The notes under the pieces: generated by a model
The model's input: the letters and a program-made list of their open reading frames with translations, nothing else
What the model was told of the DNA's origin: nothing
Databases searched by the model: none
Virus record (IMG/VR): IMGVR_UViG_3300042402_003740
Location: 1-64,000 of that record
Direction: 5' to 3' (one strand)
Origin: a virus
DNA length: 64,000 nucleotides
Made by a program: the position numbers and the translations under genes
Shown: in pieces, positions 37,749-45,904 of the stretch
Position numbering within the stretch: the first letter of the stretch is position 1
How the letters are laid out: every line of letters starts with the position of its first letter

Positions 37749-37761
37749 ATTCACGCTCCTT

Positions 37762-37827
37762 TGTTGTGTACGATGTGTACGGTGTGTTCGATGTGTAGAA
37801 GTATATAGCGTCGAAACGGAAAGTCAA
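37762..37827 (-). promoter_or_regulatory. gp32 promoter (TTGACT-N16-TATACT) and a 4x9-nt repeat leader
   Basis: Minus strand reads tacacatcg aacacaccg tacacatcg tacacaaca directly before the AAGGAG SD. Confidence 0.65.
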
Positions 37828-38450
37828 GCACCAATCCCGGAATCTGCCAACTTTTCTCGGAGTACCTTGCGGTGCTTGAGGGTATTTGAAAGAACACCTT
37901 TCGACCGTAGAAAGGGACGGTACTTATCACAACGCTTTCGTAGAGATTCCCAAAGCGGATCTCCGTCTAGGGCTTTTGTGAAATGGGGAAAGAATCCAAG
38001 CATTTCATCCAGTGTTATAAGAGATTCTGGTGAAATATCTCCACGGACAACGGCTTGTAGTAGGGGAGGATGCCCACCGTCAAGCGGTTTGAAAAGCCAA
38101 TCAAATCCCTTATCTCCTGCAATGCTACAGAGGGTTCCCATGTCCTCCCCAAATTCTTCGGAATAGTTTTGCATACGCCTCTGCCATTGGGAATAGACTT
38201 CTTCGTGTCCTCCCTCCATGACTTCTCCGATCCACTGGTTGGGGTTGTGGGCAAGCAGGGCAAAGAAGAAGTCTACAGGATCACCTTTAAAGGTACGAGA
38301 CAACCGCTCAAACCAATACTTGTCTTTTCGCTTAAGATAGGATTCAAAAGAGGTGTTGGTCTTTCCCCGAAAACGGAAGAAATCATATGAATCAGAGGTG
38401 AAATGTAGTTTCACTCCAAGATAGATTTGGAAAAGATCGTAGCCCTTCAT
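37824..38450 (-). CDS. Helicase loader (gp59)
   Basis: YLGVKLHFTSDSYDFF...KRKDKYWFERLS...ISPESL..LD...KYRPFL; synteny with gp33 and gp32. Confidence 0.9.
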   Translation of the reverse strand: MKGYDLFQIYLGVKLHFTSDSYDFFRFRGKTNTSFESYLKRKDKYWFERLSRTFKGDPVDFFFALLAHNPNQWIGEVMEGGHEEVYSQWQRRMQNYSEEFGEDMGTLCSIAGDKGFDWLFKPLDGGHPPLLQAVVRGDISPESLITLDEMLGFFPHFTKALDGDPLWESLRKRCDKYRPFLRSKGVLSNTLKHRKVLREKLADSGIGA

Positions 38451-38680
38451 AGGGGTAGTTGTGTGGACTTGCCCTTTGGTTTTCCTGGTAGTCGAAAGTG
38501 TCTAGTGTCTGCTTCCGCTTTGATTTTAGCAATCATGGGTTTTGTAAGATATCTGGCAATAGCCGCAGGCTCTATTTCAAATTGTTCACAAATCTCCATG
38601 ACCGCATCAATATATGAAGAATTCTTTGTTTTTGTTCTCTTCTCTATCTCTGCTGCAAAGTCTACAGATCCATCAAACAT
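38447..38680 (-). CDS. Late transcription co-activator (gp33)
   Basis: F..EIE...SYIDAV..ICE...IEP...KIKAEA...LPL. Confidence 0.88.
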   Translation of the reverse strand: MFDGSVDFAAEIEKRTKTKNSSYIDAVMEICEQFEIEPAAIARYLTKPMIAKIKAEADTRHFRLPGKPKGKSTQLPL

Positions 38681-38707
38681 GGTTTATGCTTCCTTTCTGA
38701 TGGGTAA

Positions 38708-38735
38708 AGTATACCCTGTTCATGGTTAAAGTCAA
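38708..38735 (-). promoter_or_regulatory. sigma70-type promoter TTGACT-N16-TATACT for gp33-gp59-gp32
   Basis: Reverse-strand hexamers. Confidence 0.6.
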
Positions 38736-38799
38736 GCCCCAATGTGGTAGTTGTTTATACATATGATAGCAATCGCCATATTCAAGCCTAAACGGATAA

Positions 38800-41700
38800 A
38801 TGGGAGCAATTATGTCATCATCTTCAGGACAGGGATTCACAGGCAGTATAGTAAACGGTTTACCCAATTATGTTCTTGCAGACCGCTCTACCATAGGTAT
38901 GGGCGATGGCGTGACAGGAGCAATACAGTATGTGAAAATTCTTTGGGGAGGCAGCGGAGAAGCCAATCTTGTAAGCGATAGCGCATCTGATCCTAGTGCA
39001 TTGCCTGTCAGTCTCAATACTCCTGAAAATTATTTCTTAACCGATGCTCTGATTAACGGTATGACCTATACCAATGGTGTGACTGCATTTGCGGTAAAAA
39101 TACTTGATGCAGCGGGATTGTGTCTAGGAAGTGTAAGTATAAGCCTTGGAGCAGGGTTTACTCTTGAGGCTGTTCGGAGCGGTCTTACTCTTGGGGTGAC
39201 ATTTGGAGCAATCACTGCTCCTGCTGCTGGTATTGCAATAAAGAACGCTGTTGTTGGTGGAGCGACACAAGCACTAGGAATCACAGGTTCTGTTTATGTT
39301 TTGGGTGGAACTGTTGCTGTAAGTGGATTAGACCTTAGTTCTTTGAGTTTTAGTAGTGGGTTAACTATTGCTGGTATATCAGCAGGGGTGACTCTACCTG
39401 TTCTCTTTTCTGGAGGAACTCTTGACGGTATATCAAATACAGTAGGAACTAGAATTAAAGGTATTGATGGGGGGGTTACATTTGCCGCTGTTCTGTACTC
39501 ACCTGGTGGTACATTCTTGGGAAGTGGTCTATGTGGATCACTGCTTGTATCTGGTGTGACAGGGGCAATCCCTGTCGGTGTGACTTTTGGAACCTTGACA
39601 AGTTTAACAGGTTCTATTAATATTCTAAACACTCCCACCGTAAAGATAGACTCTACTGATAATACGGTAAAGATAGCCTCTACTGATAATACGGTAAAGA
39701 TAGCCTCTAGTGATAATACGGTAAAGATAGCCTCTACTGATAATACGGTAAAGATAGCCTCTAGTGATAATACGGTAAAGATAGCCTCTACTGATAATAC
39801 GGTAAAAATCCAACCAACTTTGACCAGCACAGGCACAGCAGGACAGGCTGGTGGAGGAACAACATTTAACTCTGTATTGACAAATTTCAATGGTGTTCCG
39901 ATTGGCTATGATGTGTCTGGTGGAGTTGCAACATTCCGTGGATTCCCTGTGCATGGAGTATCTGGTGCAACTGCCATCCCTGTCCAAATAGTTGGCGGCT
40001 TGAGTGGTATTACTATTACGGGATTGGCATTCCCATCGTCATTTGCTGTGTCAGGTGGAACCTTAGCCGTATCTGGTGGAACACTAGGCTTTGTTCAGAT
40101 TGGCTCTATCTCTGGTGGAACAGTAAACATTGGAAATACTGTAACTGTCGCAGGAAGCGTGTCATTTAGCAATACTTCTCTTGATGTCAATGTGAGTAAC
40201 ACTGATGACGCAAATGCAATTGCAGTAGCACCTGTTTCTGGCTGGAAAGACTCTTCGAATACATCTCTCAAAAGCCATCTAGATGGTCTTACCGTTGCTG
40301 TAAGCGGTTTGAACTTTAGTGGCGGTCTTTCAATTGTTGGAGCAACGGCCATTCCTGTAGGAATTACAGTTGGATCAGGTGCAAGTGCATATGCCTTGGG
40401 AGGACTAGGAGTAACATTTGCCTCTATAACCATCTCTGGTACTCCACAAGTCTCTTTGAGTGCGGCTTCATCAATTGAGGTTGAAGGTTCCAGTAATTCT
40501 AGATTTACGGCTCCTGTTGGGGTTACGCTTAATGCTTTGCCGTTAGGTATTACAGCGGTCGGAATTTCTGGAGCAACAAGCAGTACTGTTCTTGGAGTTG
40601 GATTATACGGAAGAGGTATAAGTGGCTTTGTTCCTATTGGAGCGTCTGGTAATGCGCTAAATGTAACAGTTGTTGGCGGCTTAAGTGGAATCACTATTAC
40701 CGGTTTTGCATTCCCATCATCATTTGCTGTGTCAGGTGGAACCCTAGCCGTATCTGGTGGAACACTAGGCTTTGTTCAGATTGGCTCTATCTCTGGTGGA
40801 ACAGTAAACATTGGAAATACGGTAAATGTGGGCGGAAGCGTAACTGCTTCTATTAGCAATACCCGTGTTCCAGTATTCCTTGCCGATTCAAGCGGCACGG
40901 CGATCAGCAGTATAGATGCAGTTCCTGTGTTTGGATATGCAGGGGCGACTGCCTTGAGAGTTGTACTATCAGACCAACTTGGAACTCCTCTTGCTTTTGG
41001 AGCAAGTGGTGCTTCAGGAACAATCATTGGTGTTCCTGTTGTGGGAATCTCTGGAGCAACAGCAGTAGGCGTAACAATAGGGGGACCAATCGGTCTACGG
41101 GGAATATCTTTTGGAATGACATCAGGTGTAACCTCTATTGGTGTCCTCTTTACAAATAACTTTGGGGTTCCTCTTGGCCTATCGGGAGCAACTGTTGTTG
41201 GTATGCCTGTGTTTGGAATCTCTGGAGCAACTGCAATTGATGTGCGAATTGTTGCAGGAACATTCGGAGTAACTCTTAATGCAACTATCAACACTTCAGT
41301 AACTTTTGGTGCAACTCTTGGTGTTCGTATCACAGAGGGTTTCTCAACTGGCGCAACATCAGGTGTAACAGGGATTGGTGTACTCTTCGTGAACAACTTT
41401 GGGGTTCCTCTTGGCCTATCGGGAGCAACTGTTGTTGGGCTTCCAGTGTTTGGAGTCTCTGGAGCAACAGCAATAGGAGTAACTTTTAGCGGTGTAAGCA
41501 TCAGACCAGTGCTTGGAAGTAGTGGTATTGGAGGTTTGAGTGGTGGAGGAACTACATTCAATACAGTGCTTACAACTGTTGCAGGAGTTCCTATCGGTTA
41601 TGAGTTAACAGGTGGAGCCGCAATATTCCGTGGATTACCTGTACACGGAGTATCTGGTGCAACAGCAATTCCTGTTGAAGTTACTGGTGCAGGACTGAAA

Positions 41701-43395
41701 TTCTTTGACGGTATAACTTATAACAATGATGGTGAGGCTTTTATTGGAATATGGAACACAGTAAAGATCACAGGCGATTCTTCATTAAGAATAGGTGTGA
41801 CTTTTGAAGGAACTGTAAGACTAGAAGCACAGTTCTCAACAGGAGGCCAAGCCTTCGTGAGAGTCGGAACTACAGACGGTGTCTTTGTAGGAGTTACAGG
41901 TACTGTTGCACTACAGACATTAGCAAATGGCATCACAAGAGGTGCAACAGGAGTAGCAGTACTCTTCGCAAACAACTTTGGTGTTCCTCTTGGCCTATCG
42001 GGAGCAACTGTTGTTGGGCTTCCAGTGTTTGGAGTCTCTGGAGCAACAGCGATAGGAGTGACCTTTGGTGCTATTACCTTTGGTGCTGCTGGAATGGGCG
42101 TGACCTTTGGAGGTATAACATTCAGCACAACAAGAACCGTTATCGTTGGGACATCGTTTGCTGGAGGCGGTGGCAATCTAGGACTACCTGTATTTGGAGT
42201 CGCTGGTGCGACGGCTGTCCAGGTCAGTGTTGTTGGAGGAACAGTTAGTGGAATCTTTACAACAGAACCAGGTGGAATAACAGTAACAGCCGTACCAACA
42301 GGTATTCCTGTCTTTGGTGTATCTGGTGCAACAGCAATGGGTGTCACCTTTGCAGGAAGAGTAACGGTTACAGGTGGTGTATATCTCCTTGGAACCGCAG
42401 GAATAACATTTGGAGGAATCACAGGTTCTGTAAGTATTGTTGGCACTCCTAGTGTTAGTATACCCAGTGCTGTAAGTGTACAAAACACCAGCGGTGGTTC
42501 CCTAAAGGTAGAACCTTCATCGGCATACAGTTCCAATAAAATTGTTTCGGGAAGCACAGCAGACACAGGCTTTATTGTTGTACAAAAGCCTGGAGTAAAG
42601 TTTGCCCGTGGTCTGACCCTGAGTACAGATTTTATCAATGTAACTGTTGTTGGCGGTATAACCGCAGTGTCGATCAATACCTCTCCTGTTTGTGTAACAA
42701 AGAACTACACTGGAGAGATAGATGGTGTAATCAACGGAGAGATCTCTGTTCCTCTAAAGCACGGCTTGTATGTACAGATGACAAAGTGGGATCTTCTTTC
42801 CCATGTCTATGTTGGATACACAGCAGCATCTCTTTCAGAATTTGATAGACACGCACAGGTTCTGTACCGAGAGTACCAGGTTGCGCCAATCTGGGGAAAT
42901 GCTATGGAGCAGTTCCGTCAGTTTGCAGGAAATAGTGGAAACTCTTCTGCATTTGCTAACAACACTATGGCAGATGGGTCAGATCTGTCGGCTAATGTCG
43001 AGACACACCCTGTCCAGAAGCAGTTTGTTGGTGTAATTGAAAAGCCCACACGCATCTTTATACCGTGCCGAAACGCAGGAGAAGTGTACATCAAGGTCGT
43101 GGGAGACTACACCAATCACACAATCGGATCAGGCTTCTGGAATTTCGAAGGAGGAACGGCAGAATGGTCTGCACACACACTCTATGAGCGTGGCTTCTAT
43201 GCATCAGATATGAGTGCAATCAATGCTTTCATAGGAGGAGATACCGATGGAGGAAATCCTGCTTTGAATACAGACGGTAGTCTTGTAGAAGGTCTTCCTG
43301 GAATAGTAGTTGCTCAACCTGGTTCAGGTATAGCAATACAGAAGATACTAGATTCGTATCAGAACAATCCGTTCATACGAATTTGGGGACACTAA
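38800..43395 (+). CDS. Large Gly/Val/Thr-rich repetitive fibre/adhesin-like virion protein
   Basis: About a dozen 'PV(F/H)G(V/I)SGATA' repeats, internal duplications, TATACATA late box at 38756. Confidence 0.7.
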   Translation: MGAIMSSSSGQGFTGSIVNGLPNYVLADRSTIGMGDGVTGAIQYVKILWGGSGEANLVSDSASDPSALPVSLNTPENYFLTDALINGMTYTNGVTAFAVKILDAAGLCLGSVSISLGAGFTLEAVRSGLTLGVTFGAITAPAAGIAIKNAVVGGATQALGITGSVYVLGGTVAVSGLDLSSLSFSSGLTIAGISAGVTLPVLFSGGTLDGISNTVGTRIKGIDGGVTFAAVLYSPGGTFLGSGLCGSLLVSGVTGAIPVGVTFGTLTSLTGSINILNTPTVKIDSTDNTVKIASTDNTVKIASSDNTVKIASTDNTVKIASSDNTVKIASTDNTVKIQPTLTSTGTAGQAGGGTTFNSVLTNFNGVPIGYDVSGGVATFRGFPVHGVSGATAIPVQIVGGLSGITITGLAFPSSFAVSGGTLAVSGGTLGFVQIGSISGGTVNIGNTVTVAGSVSFSNTSLDVNVSNTDDANAIAVAPVSGWKDSSNTSLKSHLDGLTVAVSGLNFSGGLSIVGATAIPVGITVGSGASAYALGGLGVTFASITISGTPQVSLSAASSIEVEGSSNSRFTAPVGVTLNALPLGITAVGISGATSSTVLGVGLYGRGISGFVPIGASGNALNVTVVGGLSGITITGFAFPSSFAVSGGTLAVSGGTLGFVQIGSISGGTVNIGNTVNVGGSVTASISNTRVPVFLADSSGTAISSIDAVPVFGYAGATALRVVLSDQLGTPLAFGASGASGTIIGVPVVGISGATAVGVTIGGPIGLRGISFGMTSGVTSIGVLFTNNFGVPLGLSGATVVGMPVFGISGATAIDVRIVAGTFGVTLNATINTSVTFGATLGVRITEGFSTGATSGVTGIGVLFVNNFGVPLGLSGATVVGLPVFGVSGATAIGVTFSGVSIRPVLGSSGIGGLSGGGTTFNTVLTTVAGVPIGYELTGGAAIFRGLPVHGVSGATAIPVEVTGAGLKFFDGITYNNDGEAFIGIWNTVKITGDSSLRIGVTFEGTVRLEAQFSTGGQAFVRVGTTDGVFVGVTGTVALQTLANGITRGATGVAVLFANNFGVPLGLSGATVVGLPVFGVSGATAIGVTFGAITFGAAGMGVTFGGITFSTTRTVIVGTSFAGGGGNLGLPVFGVAGATAVQVSVVGGTVSGIFTTEPGGITVTAVPTGIPVFGVSGATAMGVTFAGRVTVTGGVYLLGTAGITFGGITGSVSIVGTPSVSIPSAVSVQNTSGGSLKVEPSSAYSSNKIVSGSTADTGFIVVQKPGVKFARGLTLSTDFINVTVVGGITAVSINTSPVCVTKNYTGEIDGVINGEISVPLKHGLYVQMTKWDLLSHVYVGYTAASLSEFDRHAQVLYREYQVAPIWGNAMEQFRQFAGNSGNSSAFANNTMADGSDLSANVETHPVQKQFVGVIEKPTRIFIPCRNAGEVYIKVVGDYTNHTIGSGFWNFEGGTAEWSAHTLYERGFYASDMSAINAFIGGDTDGGNPALNTDGSLVEGLPGIVVAQPGSGIAIQKILDSYQNNPFIRIWGH
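39637..39810 (+). repeat. 27-nt coding tandem repeat (TVKIAS(T/S)DN), about 6.4 copies
   Basis: acggtaaagatagcctcta(c/g)tgataat units head-to-tail. Confidence 0.95.
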
Positions 43396-43406
43396 ACGCT
43401 AACCCT

Positions 43407-43844
43407 TTAGGCTTGGGGAGGCGGGGAGGGCGGCGACTTCTTTGGGGTCAGTCGCCCTTCTGCTATACCCTTCTGTATGTTGGCAAGCAGTTCTTCAATC
43501 TGAATCTTACGAGGTTCAGAGTTATTTCCAGCCTCATAGTTGGAGAATCCAGGCATCTTTCGTGGACAGAGGAGAACAGGGTAGTCAATCTTGGTGTATT
43601 CGCCCTCTTTGCCGTTGAGCCACTTGCCGGGCTTGTCTCCACAACCGCAGTCATTGCAGTAGAACCGACCGTCTTCAACCTTGCTTGGACGAAGGGCAGG
43701 ACACACAGGAATAGAGTGACCGTCTCCAAAGCACGAAAGCATACGAACATCTTTGATTGAAGGATCTGCTCGTTTATCATCAAGACCACGAGAAAAACGA
43801 GCACGAAGATAAGCCGCCATTTGTCCAAAAGTAGGAACTGTCAT
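43407..43844 (-). CDS. Cys-rich hypothetical protein (metal-binding?)
   Basis: SCFG, VCP, YCNDCGC, LCP. Confidence 0.6.
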   Translation of the reverse strand: MTVPTFGQMAAYLRARFSRGLDDKRADPSIKDVRMLSCFGDGHSIPVCPALRPSKVEDGRFYCNDCGCGDKPGKWLNGKEGEYTKIDYPVLLCPRKMPGFSNYEAGNNSEPRKIQIEELLANIQKGIAEGRLTPKKSPPSPPPQA

Positions 43845-43846
43845 CT

Positions 43847-44488
43847 TTAACTCCTTTGCTTTTGTGTACGGTCGTAGTGGTCAATAGCCATTTTCAACCT
43901 TGGAACATAGTCATTAGTATTGCGAATAATCTCCTGCACAATGCCGTCTTCACAGGAGATAAGTATGACAATCTGGGGAACAGCCATTCCTGTGCGCTCT
44001 TGCCACATGATTGCATAGGCAGTTGCTTGGAGGAAATAGTTCTCAATGTCTTCGATACGCTTGGCTTTGGTTGAACCCTTGAAGTCCACCACCGAGAGTT
44101 TGCCACGGTATTCCGAAATACAATCGGTACGCCCTGCAAGACGCAGTAGATCGCTCCACAGGGGAACCTCTTGCCCCCATATTCTGCCAAAGTTCTTTAG
44201 ATAGGGCTGTAACTGTAGAGCAAGATAGGTTTCGTCCCGCTGTTCAAGCGTTCCTTTGGAGAGCCAATCTTCCATCAATTTATGAAAATTAGTTCCACGG
44301 CGAGTGACCCGTAGGCTCTCTTGTGGATTCTCTTCTCTCCACTTGGCGAAGAACTTGTTCTTTTCCCATCCAACAACAGTAGTAACAGAAGGATACACCG
44401 CACCGCTAGGCGTGGTATACTGTCGTTTTCCATTCTCTTCTGTTGTGGATTGTATATCCCAATCTATGGGCAGCGGGTCATAATGCAT
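43847..44488 (-). CDS. PD-(D/E)xK exonuclease of T4-like phages
   Basis: YPSVTTV, RGTNFH, E.PLWS..LAGRTDC, VVDFK, YFLQATAYA. Confidence 0.9.
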   Translation of the reverse strand: MHYDPLPIDWDIQSTTEENGKRQYTTPSGAVYPSVTTVVGWEKNKFFAKWREENPQESLRVTRRGTNFHKLMEDWLSKGTLEQRDETYLALQLQPYLKNFGRIWGQEVPLWSDLLRLAGRTDCISEYRGKLSVVDFKGSTKAKRIEDIENYFLQATAYAIMWQERTGMAVPQIVILISCEDGIVQEIIRNTNDYVPRLKMAIDHYDRTQKQRS

Positions 44489-44509
44489 GATTCACGGTAT
44501 CCTCCGCAG

Positions 44510-44650
44510 TTATTTATGGCGCAAATTTTTGACTGCTTTGCGTACAAGACTCTCCGTTAGTTCTGCCTTCTTCTGAAGTCCTATTTCGAATTGACGGTCT
44601 TCGTTTGTCTTGTTATTTTCTTTTGTTGGCTTTGGTTGATTCTTCTGCAT
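44510..44650 (-). CDS. Small hypothetical protein (46 aa)
   Basis: Manual translation MQKNQPKP...NLRHK; AAGGA SD. Confidence 0.4.
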   Translation of the reverse strand: MQKNQPKPTKENNKTNEDRQFEIGLQKKAELTESLVRKAVKNLRHK

Positions 44651-44653
44651 GGC

Positions 44654-44827
44654 TTAATCCTTCTTACCTTTGGCTCGGCTCTTGCTTTTCTTTGGTTCAG
44701 GTGGAAGGGTAGTTACAGGAGCCTCTGCCTTTGGTGCAGGGGTTGTAACAGTTGCCACAGTGTGTGGCTTTTGCCCAAAACCAAAGAGCGACTTTACCCA
44801 TTCTATTGCTTTTCCTATGAATGCCAT
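44654..44827 (-). CDS. Small hypothetical protein (57 aa; amphipathic N-terminus, Pro/Lys tail)
   Basis: Manual translation MAFIGKAIEWVKSLFGFG...KGKKD; AAGGA SD. Confidence 0.55.
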   Translation of the reverse strand: MAFIGKAIEWVKSLFGFGQKPHTVATVTTPAPKAEAPVTTLPPEPKKSKSRAKGKKD

Positions 44828-44836
44828 GTTGTTTCC

Positions 44837-44950
44837 TTATGGTAATGACTTGATCCTCTTCAACTGGTCTTGGAGTTCTTTTACCTGTGCCTCAAGCCTT
44901 TCAATTCTCTTGAGCAATTCCTGTACCAGTTCGTTTTCACCATTTTCCAT
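44837..44950 (-). CDS. Small coiled-coil peptide (37 aa)
   Basis: CTAAATA late box and GGAG SD; MENGENELVQELLKRIERLEAQVKELQDQL... Confidence 0.5.
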   Translation of the reverse strand: MENGENELVQELLKRIERLEAQVKELQDQLKRIKSLP

Positions 44951-44965
44951 AACAATCTCCAGTAT

Positions 44966-45478
44966 TTAGGAGATGAGCAACCTTGCCCACCTCTCCCAGT
45001 CCTTCTTTCCCTCAAGAGCCGCATACATTATTGCATTTCTTGTGGGAGCAACAGGTCTTTTATGTAGGTGCATTCCTGCTTCTTCGGGTGTGCGATTAGA
45101 CTTTCTGCGGTTGCAGGGCTTGCAAGCCGATACGATGTTATCCCAAGAGTTGTCTCCTCCTCGGGATCGTGGCATCACATGGTCAAGGGATGCATTCTTT
45201 GAATTGAGATGGCATCCACAGTACTGGCAACGGTTGCCGTCCCTGCGGTACACATTCCGCTTTGATGGGGACTTTGAGCGGAAAAACGGAACCCGCACAT
45301 ATTCACGAAGAATAATGACCGATGGCAACTCAAAGTCGCCACTGGTCGTTTTTATCTTATAGCAGTCGTTGTGGTTGTAGGGTTTTTCTGCTTTTTGGGC
45401 AAAAAGCAGTTTGACTGCCTTTACCCAATCAATGATATCCAAGACTTCTTCCGAAGCGTTCAGTAGCAATACATCCAT
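44966..45478 (-). CDS. HNH endonuclease (McrA-like)
   Basis: RD..RCQYCG...SLDHVMPRSRGG..WDN.VSAC..CN..K. Confidence 0.9.
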   Translation of the reverse strand: MDVLLLNASEEVLDIIDWVKAVKLLFAQKAEKPYNHNDCYKIKTTSGDFELPSVIILREYVRVPFFRSKSPSKRNVYRRDGNRCQYCGCHLNSKNASLDHVMPRSRGGDNSWDNIVSACKPCNRRKSNRTPEEAGMHLHKRPVAPTRNAIMYAALEGKKDWERWARLLIS

Positions 45479-45547
45479 AAGCACCTCTTTCAGAGTAGTT
45501 AGGGATACTCTATCTCAAGAACTACATGAAGTCAAGATAATAGGTTT

Positions 45548-45904
45548 CTAGAATCTTCTTCTTTTTATTCTCTTGCCTATTCTTCGTGACCTTGCTGTTT
45601 TTCTGTTTATTGAGGCTTGCTTTCCTCTTCGCTTTCTAGCAGCCCTACGGAGTTTCATTTTCTTTCTACGAAGAACAGCGGCAGGAATACGACGAATTTT
45701 GCCTTTTACAAGAGTGTACCCTTTTCTTCCTGCGGTCTTGCCTCTCTTTATCTTTCCACCACGAACACGAATAATTCTTCGGACTCTCTCTAGAAGATAC
45801 TCACAATCTGCCTCTGCTGCTTCTAGAGTATCTTCAATGATACATTCATCATCTTTTTGAAGAATTTCTGCCTGTTCGAAAATGAAACTCTTGTATGATT
45901 TCAT
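45548..45904 (-). CDS. Very basic prohead-core-like protein (gp68-like) with a capsid-targeting-like leader
   Basis: MKSYKSFIFE leader, acidic propeptide ending LLE, then an Arg/Lys-rich 'RVRGGKI.R..GY...GK' region. Confidence 0.6.
   Translation of the reverse strand: MKSYKSFIFEQAEILQKDDECIIEDTLEAAEADCEYLLERVRRIIRVRGGKIKRGKTAGRKGYTLVKGKIRRIPAAVLRRKKMKLRRAARKRRGKQASINRKTARSRRIGKRIKRRRF

Noticed and set aside
39637-39810. CRISPR array
   Set aside because: The 27-nt units are head-to-tail with no unique spacers and lie in frame inside a CDS. The same applies to the repeats at 1-1020.
40027-42066. Diversity-generating retroelement template/variable repeats
   Set aside because: There is no reverse transcriptase, the differences are not adenine-specific, and both copies are coding.
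44966-45478. HNH gene as part of a self-splicing intron
   Set aside because: It does not interrupt a recognisable gene and has its own promoter-like sequence, so it is treated as free-standing.
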